Source: Felis catus
Taxonomy: Eukaryota
Direction: 5' to 3'
Assembly: GCF_018350175.1 (NCBI RefSeq)
Contig: NC_058372.1
Location: forward strand, 48,052,001-48,116,000
Length of the DNA stretch: 64,000 bases
This document shows, in pieces, positions 24,746 to 37,590 of the stretch. A program made the position numbers and the translations under genes. How positions within the stretch are numbered: the stretch's first letter is position 1; the number at the start of each line of letters is the position of its first letter. Under the pieces are notes generated by a model that searched no databases, was not told the origin of the DNA, and was given only the letters and a program-made list of their open reading frames with translations.

Positions 24746-25095
24746 TTAGTTTTTTTAGTTTACATCCAAGTTAGTTAGCATATAGTGCAACAATGATTTC
24801 AGTAGATTCCTTAATGCCCCTGACCCATTTAGCCCATTCCCCCCCCACAACCCATCCAAGTAACCCTCTGTTTGTTCTCCATATTTAAGAGTGTCTTATG
24901 TTTTTCCCCTCCCCTGTGTTTATATTATCTTTGCTTCCCTTCCCTTATGTTCATCTGTTTTGTATCTTAAAGTCCTCATATGAGTGAAGCCATATGATAT
25001 TTATCTTTCTCCGACTAATTTCGCTTAGCATAATACCCTTTATTCCATCCATGTAGTTGCAAATGGCAATATTTCTTTTTTTTTTTGATTGCCGA
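24676..25095 (-). mobile_element. 5'-truncated carnivore/felid L1 3' end with (CTTT)n tail-derived microsatellite (24676-24745)
   Basis: TTTACATCCAAGTTAGTTAGCATATAGTG...CCTCATATGAGTGAA...TTCCATCCATGTAGTTGCAAATGGCAA. Confidence 0.9.
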
Positions 25096-26039
25096 TACAT
25101 ATACTTAGACATACTCTATTAGGGTGCAGCATCTGTAGCTTAGAAAGGTGGATGTATTCACTTGTATCTTGTTAACAGTGATGAGCATCACTTTTGCCTT
25201 CTATAACCAGGAAGTTATGTAAGTACAGCTCTGGAGGCTTCCTAAAATCTTCTGGGCCTGTTTCTTTTCACACTCCCCTTAGCTATGTACCTCTACAGAT
25301 TTGTTAGACTTCTCTGAAGAGTTTGCTAGGATATATAGTAGCTTGAATATTTTTGTGCATGTCAACAAACTAGATCTATGTATATCATCAGCTACATTCA
25401 CCTCCTTGAGAATCTGAGGAATTGCATAGGCTCTGTGATGGGGGAAAAATGAACTTAGAAGAAAAAGCTCCTGTTCAATTCTAGAAGTTCACTGTCATCC
25501 TGAAGTCCATCCACAAATCTTCTAAGGATGCATGAAACCATGGTGAGAAACCATGCAAATGAGTGAGTAAAACTTGGCAACCTATCTTTGACAAATGCTA
25601 CATTAAACACAGACACATGTTTTAAATACATATACACAGGTCATTGCCACCCTTATTTCTAAATCATCTCTCTCTAATCATTCCAAACAAAATGCCAATT
25701 TCCACAATTAAAACTTCAGACTCTCTCCTCATCCATACTTTTTGACTTCCTTCCTTCCCACATGACCTAAAACAAGGAGAAGCTTGGCACCTCATTCACC
25801 AGGTTACCAACCCATGTACATTAATTTACTAATGCATCCTACACAACTGCCGGAAGACTCAGTCATACAGCATTAACTAATCACAGCGACCACTCTTAGG
25901 ATTACACTCCACAACAAGAACACTTCCCTGCATCTGTATACAGCACTAGGTTATTCACTGCATAGACAAATTAAGAAGAAAAAGGGGGCTTCCAGGATTG
26001 CATTTCTTCCATCTCCAATTTCATTTTCAATATTTGTGT

Positions 26040-26420
26040 TTGTGTGATTGACAATAATTTACTTTTTTAACATCAGCACGCAATTGTTCAGGTACTGAGT
26101 GGCACCTCAGCTTTACAGGTATCCTTTCTCCTTCAGAGGGTAATTGTATCAGCCAAGCAGTTAGTGGAGCTCAGCATTGTGGAGAATCTCGTGGGGGCTG
26201 CACCTCCAATGTGCAGATAAAAGGCATTGAAAAAGCGGATACCACCATTTAAGCTCAGTGTGAGCCCATTAAACTCATCCAGTTTATGAGGTTCATTCCT
26301 GCAGTGACTAAAAAATAAAATATGCATTTTTTTAGGAGGATAATAAACTTTTTCAAGTTCCCAGGGCAACATTTATTGCACTGGAACAGTCATTTTACAA
26401 AATGGCACTTTAATGGCCCC
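26040..26420. promoter_or_regulatory. Candidate conserved developmental enhancer
   Basis: Unique sequence with TGATTGACA, AGATAA, CCATTAA, TTTATGA, TTTATTG, TTTAATGGCC; conservation not tested. Confidence 0.35.
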
Positions 26421-26626
26421 AAAAGTTTCCCACACAGGAAAAAACTTTAACGTATTCTCCCTATGGTCTGGAAGATAAAACACCATATCAATGAAAATCT
26501 CTGGACAAATTCTAATGTGTGTAAATGTGACTAAAAGTTAGGGCTATATTACAGATTGCTTTATGAGACAGTTAAGTGAAGTTTAGTTAGGCATTCCTAA
26601 CTTTACCATGATACACATAACATCAT

Positions 26627-26630
<4 letters not shown>

Positions 26631-26673
<43 letters not shown>
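26631..26673. repeat. (AC)21 microsatellite
   Basis: Perfect AC run. Confidence 0.97.
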
Positions 26674-26675
<2 letters not shown>

Positions 26676-26723
26676 TTCTCCAATATTTCTGAATACTACA
26701 AATATATTAAAAAGGTATTTTTA

Positions 26724-27085
26724 TGTTTTTTTTGAAATTTTATAATTTGTTTATTTATTTTTTAACTTACATCCAAGTTAGTCAGCACATAGTACAACAA
26801 TGATTTCAGCAGTAGATTCCTTAATGCCCCTTAACCATTTAGCCCACCGCCCCCCCACACAACCCCTCCAGCAACCCTCTGTTTGTTCTCTATATTTAAG
26901 AGTCTTTTCTGTTTTGTCCCCCTCCCTGTTTTTATATTATTTTTGCTTTCCTTCCCTTATGTTCATCTGTTTTGTATCTTAAAGTCCTCATATGAGTGAA
27001 GTCATATATGTGTCTTTGACTAATTTTGCTTAGCATAATACACTCTAGTTCCATCCACATAGTTGCAAATGGCAACATTTCATTC
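26724..27085 (-). mobile_element. 5'-truncated carnivore/felid L1 3' end, similar to 24746-25095
   Basis: TTACATCCAAGTTAGTCAGCACATAGTACAACAATGATTTCAG...GTTGCAAATGGCAACATTTCATTC. Confidence 0.9.
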
Positions 27086-27199
27086 GTAAAAAGTATATTT
27101 TTAAATACACAGAGCTGATGAAGAATAGAAACCAGCATTTTATTTTAAATGCTATTCATTCATTTTTAAACAAACCTGGTTCATTTTAGAACATATGGA

Positions 27200-27870
27200 A
27201 AAGTTACATTTTTTAATGGCTCAAACCATCCTATAATATGGGTGTGGCATAGCACATTTAACTAGTTTACTCCCACTAATATATCAGTAGATTATTTTTA
27301 GTATTTGGCTACTACAAAAAATATTAATGAAGTTTTCTTGACTATCCTTGAACATGCACTTTTAGACATAAGTACAGGTATACCCATAAGATAAATTCTC
27401 TGATGTGGAGCTGTTAGCTCAAGTGACTTTAATCTTGACTTTAAGGTCTATTTTGAAATTTCTCTTGAGATAGGATATAGCAATTTATACCTCCAACAAT
27501 AATGCATGAGAGTACCTATTTCTTCACTCCTTATATTCAGTATATTATCAAACATTTTGGTGTCTATCAGTAGATCAAGTGAAAACATGATATTTTGACA
27601 GAGATTTAATTAATCTTACTCTCATTAAATATGAGCTTGAGTGCCTTTTGCTTTACATATATTTTTTCATTGACTTAGAAAGATTTTATATATTAAAGCA
27701 GAGCTTTCAAATATGTTACAATATTCCTCTACTTTGAATTTATATTTTAACTTTTTTCATTTATTTTTTTAACAGGAAGAAGTTATGGTTTCTGTATTTT
27801 AATTTAACTTCTTTTTTTTTTATAAGACCTCTGGGTTTTTGGTCTTGACTAGAAAGGTATTTTCATTTGA
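27200..27870 (-). mobile_element. Old L1ME-like fragment
   Basis: GATAAATTCTCTGATGTGGAGCTG, CAATTTATACCTCCAACAATAATGCATGAGAGTACCTATTTC. Confidence 0.7.
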
Positions 27871-28314
27871 GATGAATATTAAAACCAAAACCAAAACTAA
27901 AACACCTCTCCTGTATTTCTGAAGGTGAGGATGTCTTTATATCTATATAAACAGTGTCTCTATAGCAAAATGTTAAATTTACTTTAATCATTAGTATTCT
28001 GTGAGTACTCTTCACAGAGATGGTAGAGGTTGATAAAAACAAATGATAACTTTTTAATATAATTCTTCATAAGACTGAGTCCAAATTAAAATTTTACAAG
28101 GGAACCACAGATTCATTGTCCCAAGACCCAATGACAAATATCATGTTCATTTCCCATTATTGATGGGAAATCTTCGGAGATGTTTTAATAAAGAAATATT
28201 GATAAGAGCAGAAGTTTTACATCTAAATCCACAGAAATGAATATTCTTTCTGGAGTTTTGGTAACAAACTCTCTAATCACCAACTGAACAATAAAAGTAC
28301 ATTCAAGTATCTGA

Positions 28315-28430
28315 ATTAATTCATTCAACAAAATTTTATCAAGCAGATACTGTGTACCAGGCTTCTTGCCAGGCACTTAGGATACAGAAATTAATAAAAA
28401 CAGCAAGATTCCTACCATCATGAGATTGGG
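28315..28430 (-). mobile_element. L2 3' end
   Basis: ATTCATTCAACAAAATTTTATCAAGC...TACTGTGTACCAGGC...AGGATACAG. Confidence 0.75.
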
Positions 28431-31400
28431 AATACTAATGTAAATGTCTGTTCACTAACTGGAGCTCTGAAAATCACTTCCATGAAGAAACATGAAGGTA
28501 AGATCATGATACTTTCAAGTAATTCAAAACACAATTTCTCTTCTCCAAGGAGAATCTTTTATATCTCTAAACTTCTAAATTCCTCATAGATTTCTTTACA
28601 GGCCACATCTGTGATGGAACTTAGAGCGCCCATAGATTCAAAGTACATGATATATGTTGAGAAGAGTGAGTCTTTTTAGGTCTTTCCTAACTGAAGATTT
28701 TGAGAACTGTTCAGAACATTTGGAAGCTGGTAATCAGCATTTTACTCCTGTTTTTACAATACTAAAGCAACTTGCATGTGAAACAGCAATAAGAGACAAA
28801 TGTGTGGTAATGCTCTCAGCACAGTGCTGGACACACAGAACTACTCTGTCCATACTTAGAGATTATTCAGTTGAGCACAGGAAATAAAGCCATATTTCCC
28901 ATTCAATCTCCAGACAGAATTCTTTGATCAAATGACCCACCTCTCTAGAGAACAGCTTCTTACAGCCCTATTTGGGCCCTGGTATGGATTTGCAAATTAA
29001 CTGGAAAGACCATTAGAAAACATTTCTGTTTAAAGTGCTAAATGGACTGCAACTTTCAAAACTACCCGGCCTGCCAAATTGTGATTTAAAGTGAAATTGG
29101 CATGAGCAGACATTTCCACATCAGCCTGTAGCACATCTGGTCCAGACCAAACAAACAGAAGATTTATTCTGTCAGGGAGATCATTTAGCATTCCTTTTCA
29201 TGCTTCAGAAGGAGCCTGTACCTGTCACTCACCAAAGCGCTCGGCTTTTGGTGGCTAGGCTCTGTTGCTCTCCCGGACTAGCCTTGATCTAACACTTCTA
29301 AGGAGGCTCATGTGCGCCGCTCCACCTGGGAGCCCAGTACCCATGCCAAGTTCATTTCCATAGTCTTATAGAAACCTCCTGGAGGATTTCAAACATCTGC
29401 TCATAAGTAAAGAAACATTGTCTTGAGCTCTAACAATAATATAAAGGGCAACTGAACCTTCTTTTGCAAATAAAGCAGAGCTGATAAATGATCTTATTTC
29501 ACAGGACTGGGGGCAAGTTTCTTTGTGTCTTTCTGAATTCAAATCCTTAAAATGAATGTCGTCAATCATGGGAAAAATTTAATGTGTCCAGAGCTTTTTA
29601 ACATTAACTTAAGAGGTACAGAGTCAGGACTCTATAAAACAGAACCAAAAAGCAAACAAACAAACAAAAAAAACTACATTATTTGGCTGACCTTAAATGA
29701 ACATATTTATAAAAGCTGTGTCATTATTCCTAAAATGTATTGTTATTCTCTCTCTGTCTCTCTGGCTGTAGCCTGGGAACCAAGTCTAACACTCTTGCTG
29801 TGTGAGCCACATAGCCACTTTCTTCTCTGGAATGTTAATCTGCCTCTCTTGGGAATCAGCAACCCCAGGAGGATCACTTCCTGGCTTGTCTCATCAGAAA
29901 TACTATTCTTTTTTTTTCCCCAACCCTGGAGTACTGTGAATACTCAGAAGAGATAGATGTACCACCATTGAGATTCCCCTGATTTCCTTATGATGCTAGC
30001 TCATGTGAATATGAAAGATTTGGTTTCAACCTAAACAAAAACTGGAAAAGGAAGAGGCAAATATTTTGCTGGTGTGCATGTTCTTTCTGATTTCTAGTTA
30101 AAATGTACCTCCGTTTCCTCTTTTGAGAGATGCATAGGTTAGGCAAAATGTCTCCCAATGTTCTTCCAGTCATGACATAATTATTATGAATTCCTTGTGG
30201 TTCTTTTGTCCCTGAGGAACTCATTTAATTCATAAACACCATTACATTGCTTTCATACTGACAAGTGATCTAGTTCTAGGCAAACATAGGGCAAGTTTAT
30301 CACATAAGCACAGAAAAGGTATTTGCCTTACCTAAAAATGTAACAAAAGGAAATATTTTGAAAAATCTGGGGGCTTCCAAGGCAATTTTAAAAGTATACA
30401 TCAGACAAAGCACATCATTTATACAAATATTTTCATCCTGTTGGTTTGTTACAGTACGAAGATAGTATGAAGAATGAATTACATCTATACTTGCTTCATG
30501 TCTGTCCCTCCTATCGAGGCATTAATAAACATGACACCATAAGTACTGCATTGTTAATACTCAGCTTGGTCTATGGAGCTTAGAAAATGCTCTTCTCAAA
30601 TTCACACAGAACATTCTTAAATAGGTTACATTCTAGATACTGCATTTGTCAATGAAAAATGTATCATCTATACCAAAATCCAGCTTCTTTGGAAGAAAAC
30701 AACAAAATTAGTGTTCCATAACAACAAAACTAGTTTCAACCAATCTTGAAATATATTCTGTTACAGAATGCTAATAATTTCTCAGTATATCTGAACATTT
30801 TATCCACTTGGAAATTGTCAAGTGGGGGGAAAATGTATATGATATTCAGTACTTACATACTTCACTTCGGTTAGATTTATTTATATTCTTATTCTTATAT
30901 TCTTACTTGAAGATATAAAATTAACATTGAGGTGTTTGTACATTTTCACCACAGTAAGTTATAGGGAACAAAGGTTTTATCCTTCCATGAAAAACCTGGA
31001 GAACTTCAAAATAAGAGATAATATTTTTTATTAAAAATAGCTATTATCATGAATAATAAGCATCTAAAGGGACCTGGCTTATGCATAAAATGAATTAGAA
31101 AGTTACTTCCTTTTTCCAGTTTTTATTCTTTTACAGGTTGCATTTGGAGACAAAGAAAGGAAGCTCAAAGTAGACAAGTAACTTCAGGTCAATAGGACAA
31201 TGGGACTGGTTAATAGGTTGAAGAGAAAAAAATAAATCTACTTATAAAATATAAAAATTCAATTCATATAAAAAAATCACAGGTGACTAATAAACTGTGG
31301 TTCAATGAGATCATCCATGTCTTTTGAATGTTGGCACTGTCTAACCAGATACAACTAATCAATCAAAGAACAAAGGAAAAGTAACCAATCTTGGTCATCA

Positions 31401-31603
31401 AACTAATGAGCTATGTATATAGCAGAAAAAAGTAGCAAAGACAACATTGGTCAGAATATGTGATAAATTCAATTTCATTGAATAGGAACTCTCAGAATGG
31501 AGCACTTAGAAACTTGTAGGAACATACTTGAGACTTATTGTTATTATTTTGAGTTTACAGTTCTAAATTTTTAACATATTCCATTTGCATCTAATTATCA
31601 AAT

Positions 31604-32218
31604 AATTGATCATTTTTCATAGATCTCATATTTACAAATGTGCCTACTTGCTAAAATGTATTTGTAACCCCAAAATCAATCAGTTCTCACAACTGCATTC
31701 ATGGTCATTTGCAAACATGGCGCAGTGACAGCAATTTTGAATCTTCTGACTCACCCAGCCTGCTTTCTTGTTTTAGCACTCAGACTGCAAACAAGTGTCC
31801 TGTTCATAGTATATTTACTGCCACATTTTTTTTTGCATTTTTGTGCTTGTTGGGGGGATTTCACTGTTTAAAATGGCCCTCAACCATAGCACTGAAGAGT
31901 TATCTGGTGTTCCTAAGCACAAGGAGCCTGTGATATTCCCCATGGATAAAACATATGTATTAGAGGAGCTTCATTCAGACATGAGTTATAGTACCATTGG
32001 CCACATTCCATGTCAATAAATCAACAATAGATATTACATAAAATGTCTTTAAACAGAATCACATAAAATAAAGTTAGGTATTGATTAGTTCACCAAATGT
32101 GAGCAGAGGCTCACAGGAACCTAACCCTGTTATTTCCCCTAGGAGCAATGGTTCAGTATTTGCTAATTCAGTGTTTGTAGTGACTTATAGAACATAATTA
32201 CTGCTAATAATGAGAATA
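31604..32218. mobile_element. MER82-like TcMar-Tigger element
   Basis: GCCTACTTGCTAAAATGTATTTGTAACCCCAAAATCAAT...GGAACCTAACCCTG...TTTCCCCTAGGAGCAATGGTTCAGTATTTGCTAATTCAGTG...AATAATGAGAAT. Confidence 0.8.
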
Positions 32219-33324
32219 TGTATACACACACACATATATATATATGTATATTATATTTGTGTGGGGGGGTGTAGGTTTTGCCTTTAAAATAAAACAAAAT
32301 CCAGAAGTTATCACAATTGAAAACCTCTTAAAATGTCTACTAACTGAGAAAATATTGTAGGGGAACAGCAAAAATAACATTGGGTTTTAATTGTGTATAA
32401 TATTTTTAGCCATTGAAATTTCCATAAGGAATTTTAGCACATGCAGTTAATTTGCATGAGAGGCAGCTGGAGCATATTGGCTCTTTCAAAGCCACTATGA
32501 TTTATCAGCTCAATAATGCATGAGCTTAGACAAAGTTATACAACCGTCTGTATTTTTAACAAGGTGATGGAGTAAGAAATTTGCTAAAACAGCCATTCCA
32601 GACCCAGGTGACTAAAAGGAGGTTAGATCATTTACACAAACTGGAACACAATTTTATCAGTCCTGTTCTATTTTGGGTCTCAGACTTTTTTTTTTCCAAA
32701 CAAAATATTTTTTTTGGAACAAGTGCCAGACTGACAGACAGACAGTCTGAGACACTGAAGTCAAGGATTCGTATAGGCTATTAGTATAATTTGGAAAGAG
32801 TCAATTAAAATCTCCACTAAAGTGAGCTCTGGAATTAGATTCATCCTGTATAGGCAGCATCTGAGGAAGAATAAACAATTTATTTCTGTTTATTCAGTAA
32901 AATGTATGACATTTATTAATTAAAACTTAAATCTCACTAGGCAAAAATAGCTTATTGGCAATGTCTCCTTTTTAGAGTCGAGTTTATGTCTCATGTTAAG
33001 GTTTGAGGCCCATGTTGCCAAATGCCACTAAGAAGCTATTGTTGTAGTAGAGGTGTTCATTAGAAAACCTCCCATAGGGACTCTGAGGTCAATGGCAGCA
33101 GTGTGGAAAATCTAGACAAAATTACGAATTCAAACTGTAAATGAAAAATTATTCGATAGGACAATATATAATGACCATTGGTATAAAAAAGAGAGATGAA
33201 CTATTTCAAGATTCCAAGTTTTTAACCTAGGTGACTAGCAGTATTTGTTTTAGAGCTGCTGTAAAACTTTGAATTTATCCGTTAGAACTCATTTTAGGCA
33301 CTCACATCTAGACTATAAACTTTA

Positions 33325-33536
33325 GGGGCACCTGGGTGGCTCAGCCGGTTAATCATCTGACTTCGGCTCAGGTTATGATCTCACCATCTGTGAGTGTGAG
33401 CCCCACGTCAGGCTCTGTGCTGACAGCTCAGAGCCTGGAGCCTCTTTCAGATTCTGTGTCTCCAACTCTCTCTGCCCCTCACCCACTCATACTCTGTCTA
33501 TCTCTCTCTCAAATATAAAATACATTAAGAAAATTA
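33325..33536 (+). mobile_element. Can-SINE
   Basis: Perfect TSD TAGACTATAAACTTTA at 33309-33324 and 33537-33552. Confidence 0.95.
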
Positions 33537-33620
33537 TAGACTATAAACTTTAATATGTAATATGCTGATTTTATAAGACAGCAATTCTCTACTCTAGATA
33601 CTCCCACCTTTTTTTCTCTG

Positions 33621-33623
<3 letters not shown>

Positions 33624-33666
<43 letters not shown>
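33624..33666. repeat. (AT)~21 microsatellite
   Basis: Perfect AT run. Confidence 0.97.
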
Positions 33667-33668
<2 letters not shown>

Positions 33669-34199
33669 AAAAAGGAAAATAAGAGATGAATTTTATGAGA
33701 AATACTAGCACCCAGTCATCTTATCTGCTAGAACATCTTGGGTTAGCAGGTTGAAACAAGAAATCGGTCCTACGGCCTCACCAAGTATGTTGACACAGGG
33801 CTAAGAATTACAGCAGGTCTCTCACCATAAAAGGTCACTGAAGTTTAAGAATAAATCAAGCTTCCAGTTATAAAGTTACCATGTTTCATTTAGGTTAATC
33901 TTACTTCAAATACCAAGTCAGGAGACTGAAAGGGAAACCAGATACTTATTACATTGCAGCCCTAAGACTAACTGGAGAAAACTTCCTCCTTAGGAAGGCA
34001 GCCACACTGTCAGAGCTGAGAGTTGGTAAGACATATTAACTATGACCTTGCAACGATAACCCCTCATATTATAGATGGGAAACCTCAGACCCAAAGTTGT
34101 AAACTGAATCAGGGCAGGAATGAAAATAGGAACAAGTCCTCTAAGTCACACATTCTCAAAATTGAATGACCTCTTTCAGTGATCAACCATTCTCTAGAC

Positions 34200-34376
34200 C
34201 AGCAGCTCTCGAACTTTTCTGTGCATCAGAATTACCTGGAAGGCTTATTAAAACACAGACTGCTGGCTCCACCCCCAGAACTTCTCATCCCATAGGCCTG
34301 GGATGGGACCAGAGAACTGTTATTTTGACAAGCTCCCTGGTGATGAAGACACTGCTGGACTGGGGAACACACTCTG
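34200..34376. mobile_element. MER5A hAT MITE
   Basis: CAG...TGCATCAGAATTACCTGGAAGGCTTATTAAAACACAGACTGCTGG...ACAAGCTCCCTGGTGATG; left flank CTCTAGAC resembles a hAT target. Confidence 0.85.
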
Positions 34377-35450
34377 CTCTATAGACCTTCTGGTCTAATA
34401 AATCTTCCCACTCCAACAAATCCCCTTTCAGGGGGAAAAAATGGACCCTCCCCTGAAATACCAGTACAATGATCCAAAAAGAGCATTTGATCTGAGATAC
34501 TGGGATAGTAGGGGCCTATAATCACACAGCTAGAACAATTCTATCTATTCAGAAACTAAAGTGTTCTTCACTAGACAGGTATGATACGGCTATGCTGAAA
34601 TGATTGCTGAGAGCTGGAGATCATTTGCTTCCCATCCTAGTGTGAAAATTTCCTGGCCTTTGAGCAAAGTGGATCATTAGGATTTGTCTTAATGCAACTA
34701 AAGGTGACATTATGCAGCTGTCTTTTTCCCTCCCCAAATTGAAATAATAATATAACAATTATATTGTGACAATATTGAGTATCTAAAGTCTAGGTACAGA
34801 ATTTAGCAAACAGATATATACACAGAAAACATCAATAGATGATAGAGAAGAGGGAGTAAAATAGGGGGAACTGAATTCCACTGGAATAGAATACAAATAC
34901 AAAAAACAACTGTACAACCACTATGTACAAAGCACTGTACAGAGAGGAAAGATGCTGAGAAAGGCCTAGCCCTACTCTCAAAAACCTTGAAGTAATTGAC
35001 ATTTGAAGGATATTAAATAGATACTGAACATAATATTATGTATATTATATATATTTATGTGTATGTATACACATATTACACTGGGCAAATTTAAACAAGT
35101 CTCTCAGAATGAATATTGAAAGACTTTTTAACAAATACAACATTTCCAGAAAGAAACAACAGTGACAAATCTAGTGCACTGTAATCATGACGAATTTGAA
35201 TCATAGATATCACAGAGCACCAAAGGAGGATCAGTATCTCTGCATAAAACACAACAAAAATAGATTAGAAACTGTTGCAGACTTTATTGACTATTTTGAA
35301 CATTCTAGTTTTTATCTACTTGTATACCTACATCATCAGAAACTTGATATTTGGTCATTAATACTTAGAACCATACAATTGTCTGTTTATAGATCCCAAA
35401 CTTCACAGTTAATAATCAAATACAATCATCAACCTTTACATTTTACTTTA

Positions 35451-35656
35451 TTTTATTTTTTTTTATTAGAGAAAGTGGGAGAGAGAGAGAGCAGGGAAGA
35501 GGAGCAGAGGGAGAGAAAAAGAGAGGGAGAATCCCAAGCAAGCTCCATGCTCAGTGTGGAGCCTGATATGGGGCTTGATCCCACAACCCTGGGATCATGA
35601 CCTGAGCTGAAATCAAAAGTCCAAAGCTCAACTGACTGAGCCACCCAGGCGCCCCC
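35451..35656 (-). mobile_element. Can-SINE (older subtype)
   Basis: TSD TACATTTTACTTTA at 35437-35450 and 35657-35670. Confidence 0.95.
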
Positions 35657-36809
35657 TACATTTTACTTTAAAACATATTTATGGAATCATATAAGAAGCA
35701 TATAGAATCCAATTTTTAATCCACTCTTTAACAATTAAGTTAAAACACAATGATCCAGTTGGTTAAAATGACATCAAAGAATCTGACATCGTATGCCTTT
35801 CATTTAATGGAAGTGCACTGTGAGTGCAATGGTGTCTCCTGACATACATACGTGGATCTGTTGATAATACTATAGAAACAGACATAATTTCTTCCTGAGG
35901 TTGGAATCTGCCAGGGCCTTCTCTGCCTGTCATGTGGAAGAACTGTGATGTTGAATATATTTGTAAGAGCAAGAAAGCAATTCAGCATATACAGAAAAAA
36001 AAAAAATTGCAAGCCAACTGTCAAAAGGAAAAACATGCCTTATGCACCAGTCACTAAAGGACCTATCAGTGTAACAAAAACGGTATCATCTATGAATGAC
36101 AACAGTTTTAAATGTAGGATAAAATGGAACTTTGTACAAATGTACTGCAAGGAATTCTCTGAGTGCCAAAAAAACAAAAACAAAAAAAAAGCAAATTGAA
36201 AGGAAGGAAGGGTCTATCTAATAAGAGTTGCTTGTGTCAACAGAGATCTTGGTGAATACTTCAGCACTCACTTCTCCAGAAATAACTCCCTAATCAGCAT
36301 GTCTGAGCTGTCCTTTTTCCAGGGCTAGTCCTGTATCTTCAGCTGGATTTCACTGAAATTTTTACCCAGCCTCAAACTCAAAGCAAAAGTATTCCTTATG
36401 TTTCCCTTACCTAAACTGCCCATGACTTATAAGCATTAGTAAGCCTGAGTCACCTGGGTTGAAGCACAGTGGCAGATAAATGCCAACGGATATCTCTTAA
36501 CCATGTATTGTTTTCTTTTACAATAGTTTGAAAAGAGAATCCTTGATCACTGTGGAATACTAGCTGAGTTCCTTGGCATGGTATTCAGGGGCTCTTCCAA
36601 TGATCTAATACCAACATACCTTCCTCCCCTCTCCTTGTTTTCTACATAAAATTTGTGCTCTGGCCAAAATATCTTTTCACTGTCTCCCTTAATTCCATGA
36701 ACCTTTCCTTGTTTATGGCATGACCCCTTGCCCGTAATGTCACTCTTTTCTGAGAATTTCCTTGTTCAATAACATAAAACCCTGCAGGTAAAACAAAAGA
36801 AATCCAGTT

Positions 36810-37200
36810 GAAAAACTCCTAGTGACTGAAGTCATGAAAAGCTCATTGGTGACTTTTGCCAGACCCGTTTTAGTAGCATTTCAGAAGGAAGAGCTAGAAG
36901 GCAGGCTGAGAAGTGAGTGGAAGACTGGCATGTAAAGATGGCAAGTACAGCTCAAAAACATAATGAGGGACAGAAGGGAGGAAAAGGGAGTAGCAAGTAG
37001 ACAAGAGCATAGGTTGCCGAAGGATATCTTTTCTTTTCCAAAATTGAAAACAACTGAGCATATTTAAAGACTGACTCAAAAGGAGCAATATAGGAGAAAC
37101 TGGAGACACAGGAATAAGGTCATAGATGGACCAAACACCTGAAAAGGTATGAACGGATTAGAGTTAGAACACTCATGAGGGGGTCAGTCTCAGGAATATA
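36810..37200 (-). mobile_element. Probable L2 fragment
   Basis: TCATTGGTGACTTTTGCCAGA...GTTTTAGTAG, ACTGAGCATATTTAAAGACTG. Confidence 0.5.
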
Positions 37201-37269
37201 CACATTTTCCATTATTTCACATGATGAAGACAAGATAAATATGGGTAAATATAACTGTCAGGGGCAGTG

Positions 37270-37590
37270 GCGGGGGGGGGGGGGGCAGGTGGAAGAACGG
37301 GAGAGTCTGTTTAGGGGAATATCTAACTAGTAGATAAATATGTTCTGGAGACCTAATACACAGTATAGTGATTATAGAAAACAAAACTGTATTATAAACA
37401 CCAAGCTTGCTAAGAGACTAGATCTTAACTGTTCCCGACACTAGAAGGAATGTTAATTATGTGATGGTATAGAGATACTACTAACACAACAATGGCAATC
37501 AGACTACAATATAAATGTATCAAGTCAATATGTTGTACACCTTAAACTTACACAGTGTTGTATGTCAAATATAACTCTAAAAAATAATTA
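37270..37590 (+). mobile_element. L1MA-type / carnivore L1 3' UTR end
   Basis: GTTCTGGAGACCTAATACACAG...TTGCTAAGAGACTAGATCTTAA...GTTGTACACCTTAAACTTACACAGTGTTGTATGTCAA. Confidence 0.85.

Noticed and set aside
8763..26055. Shared 13-mer TGTGATTGACAAT at ~8763 and ~26043
   Set aside because: Exact 13-bp matches are expected by chance among all position pairs in 64 kb of AT-rich DNA
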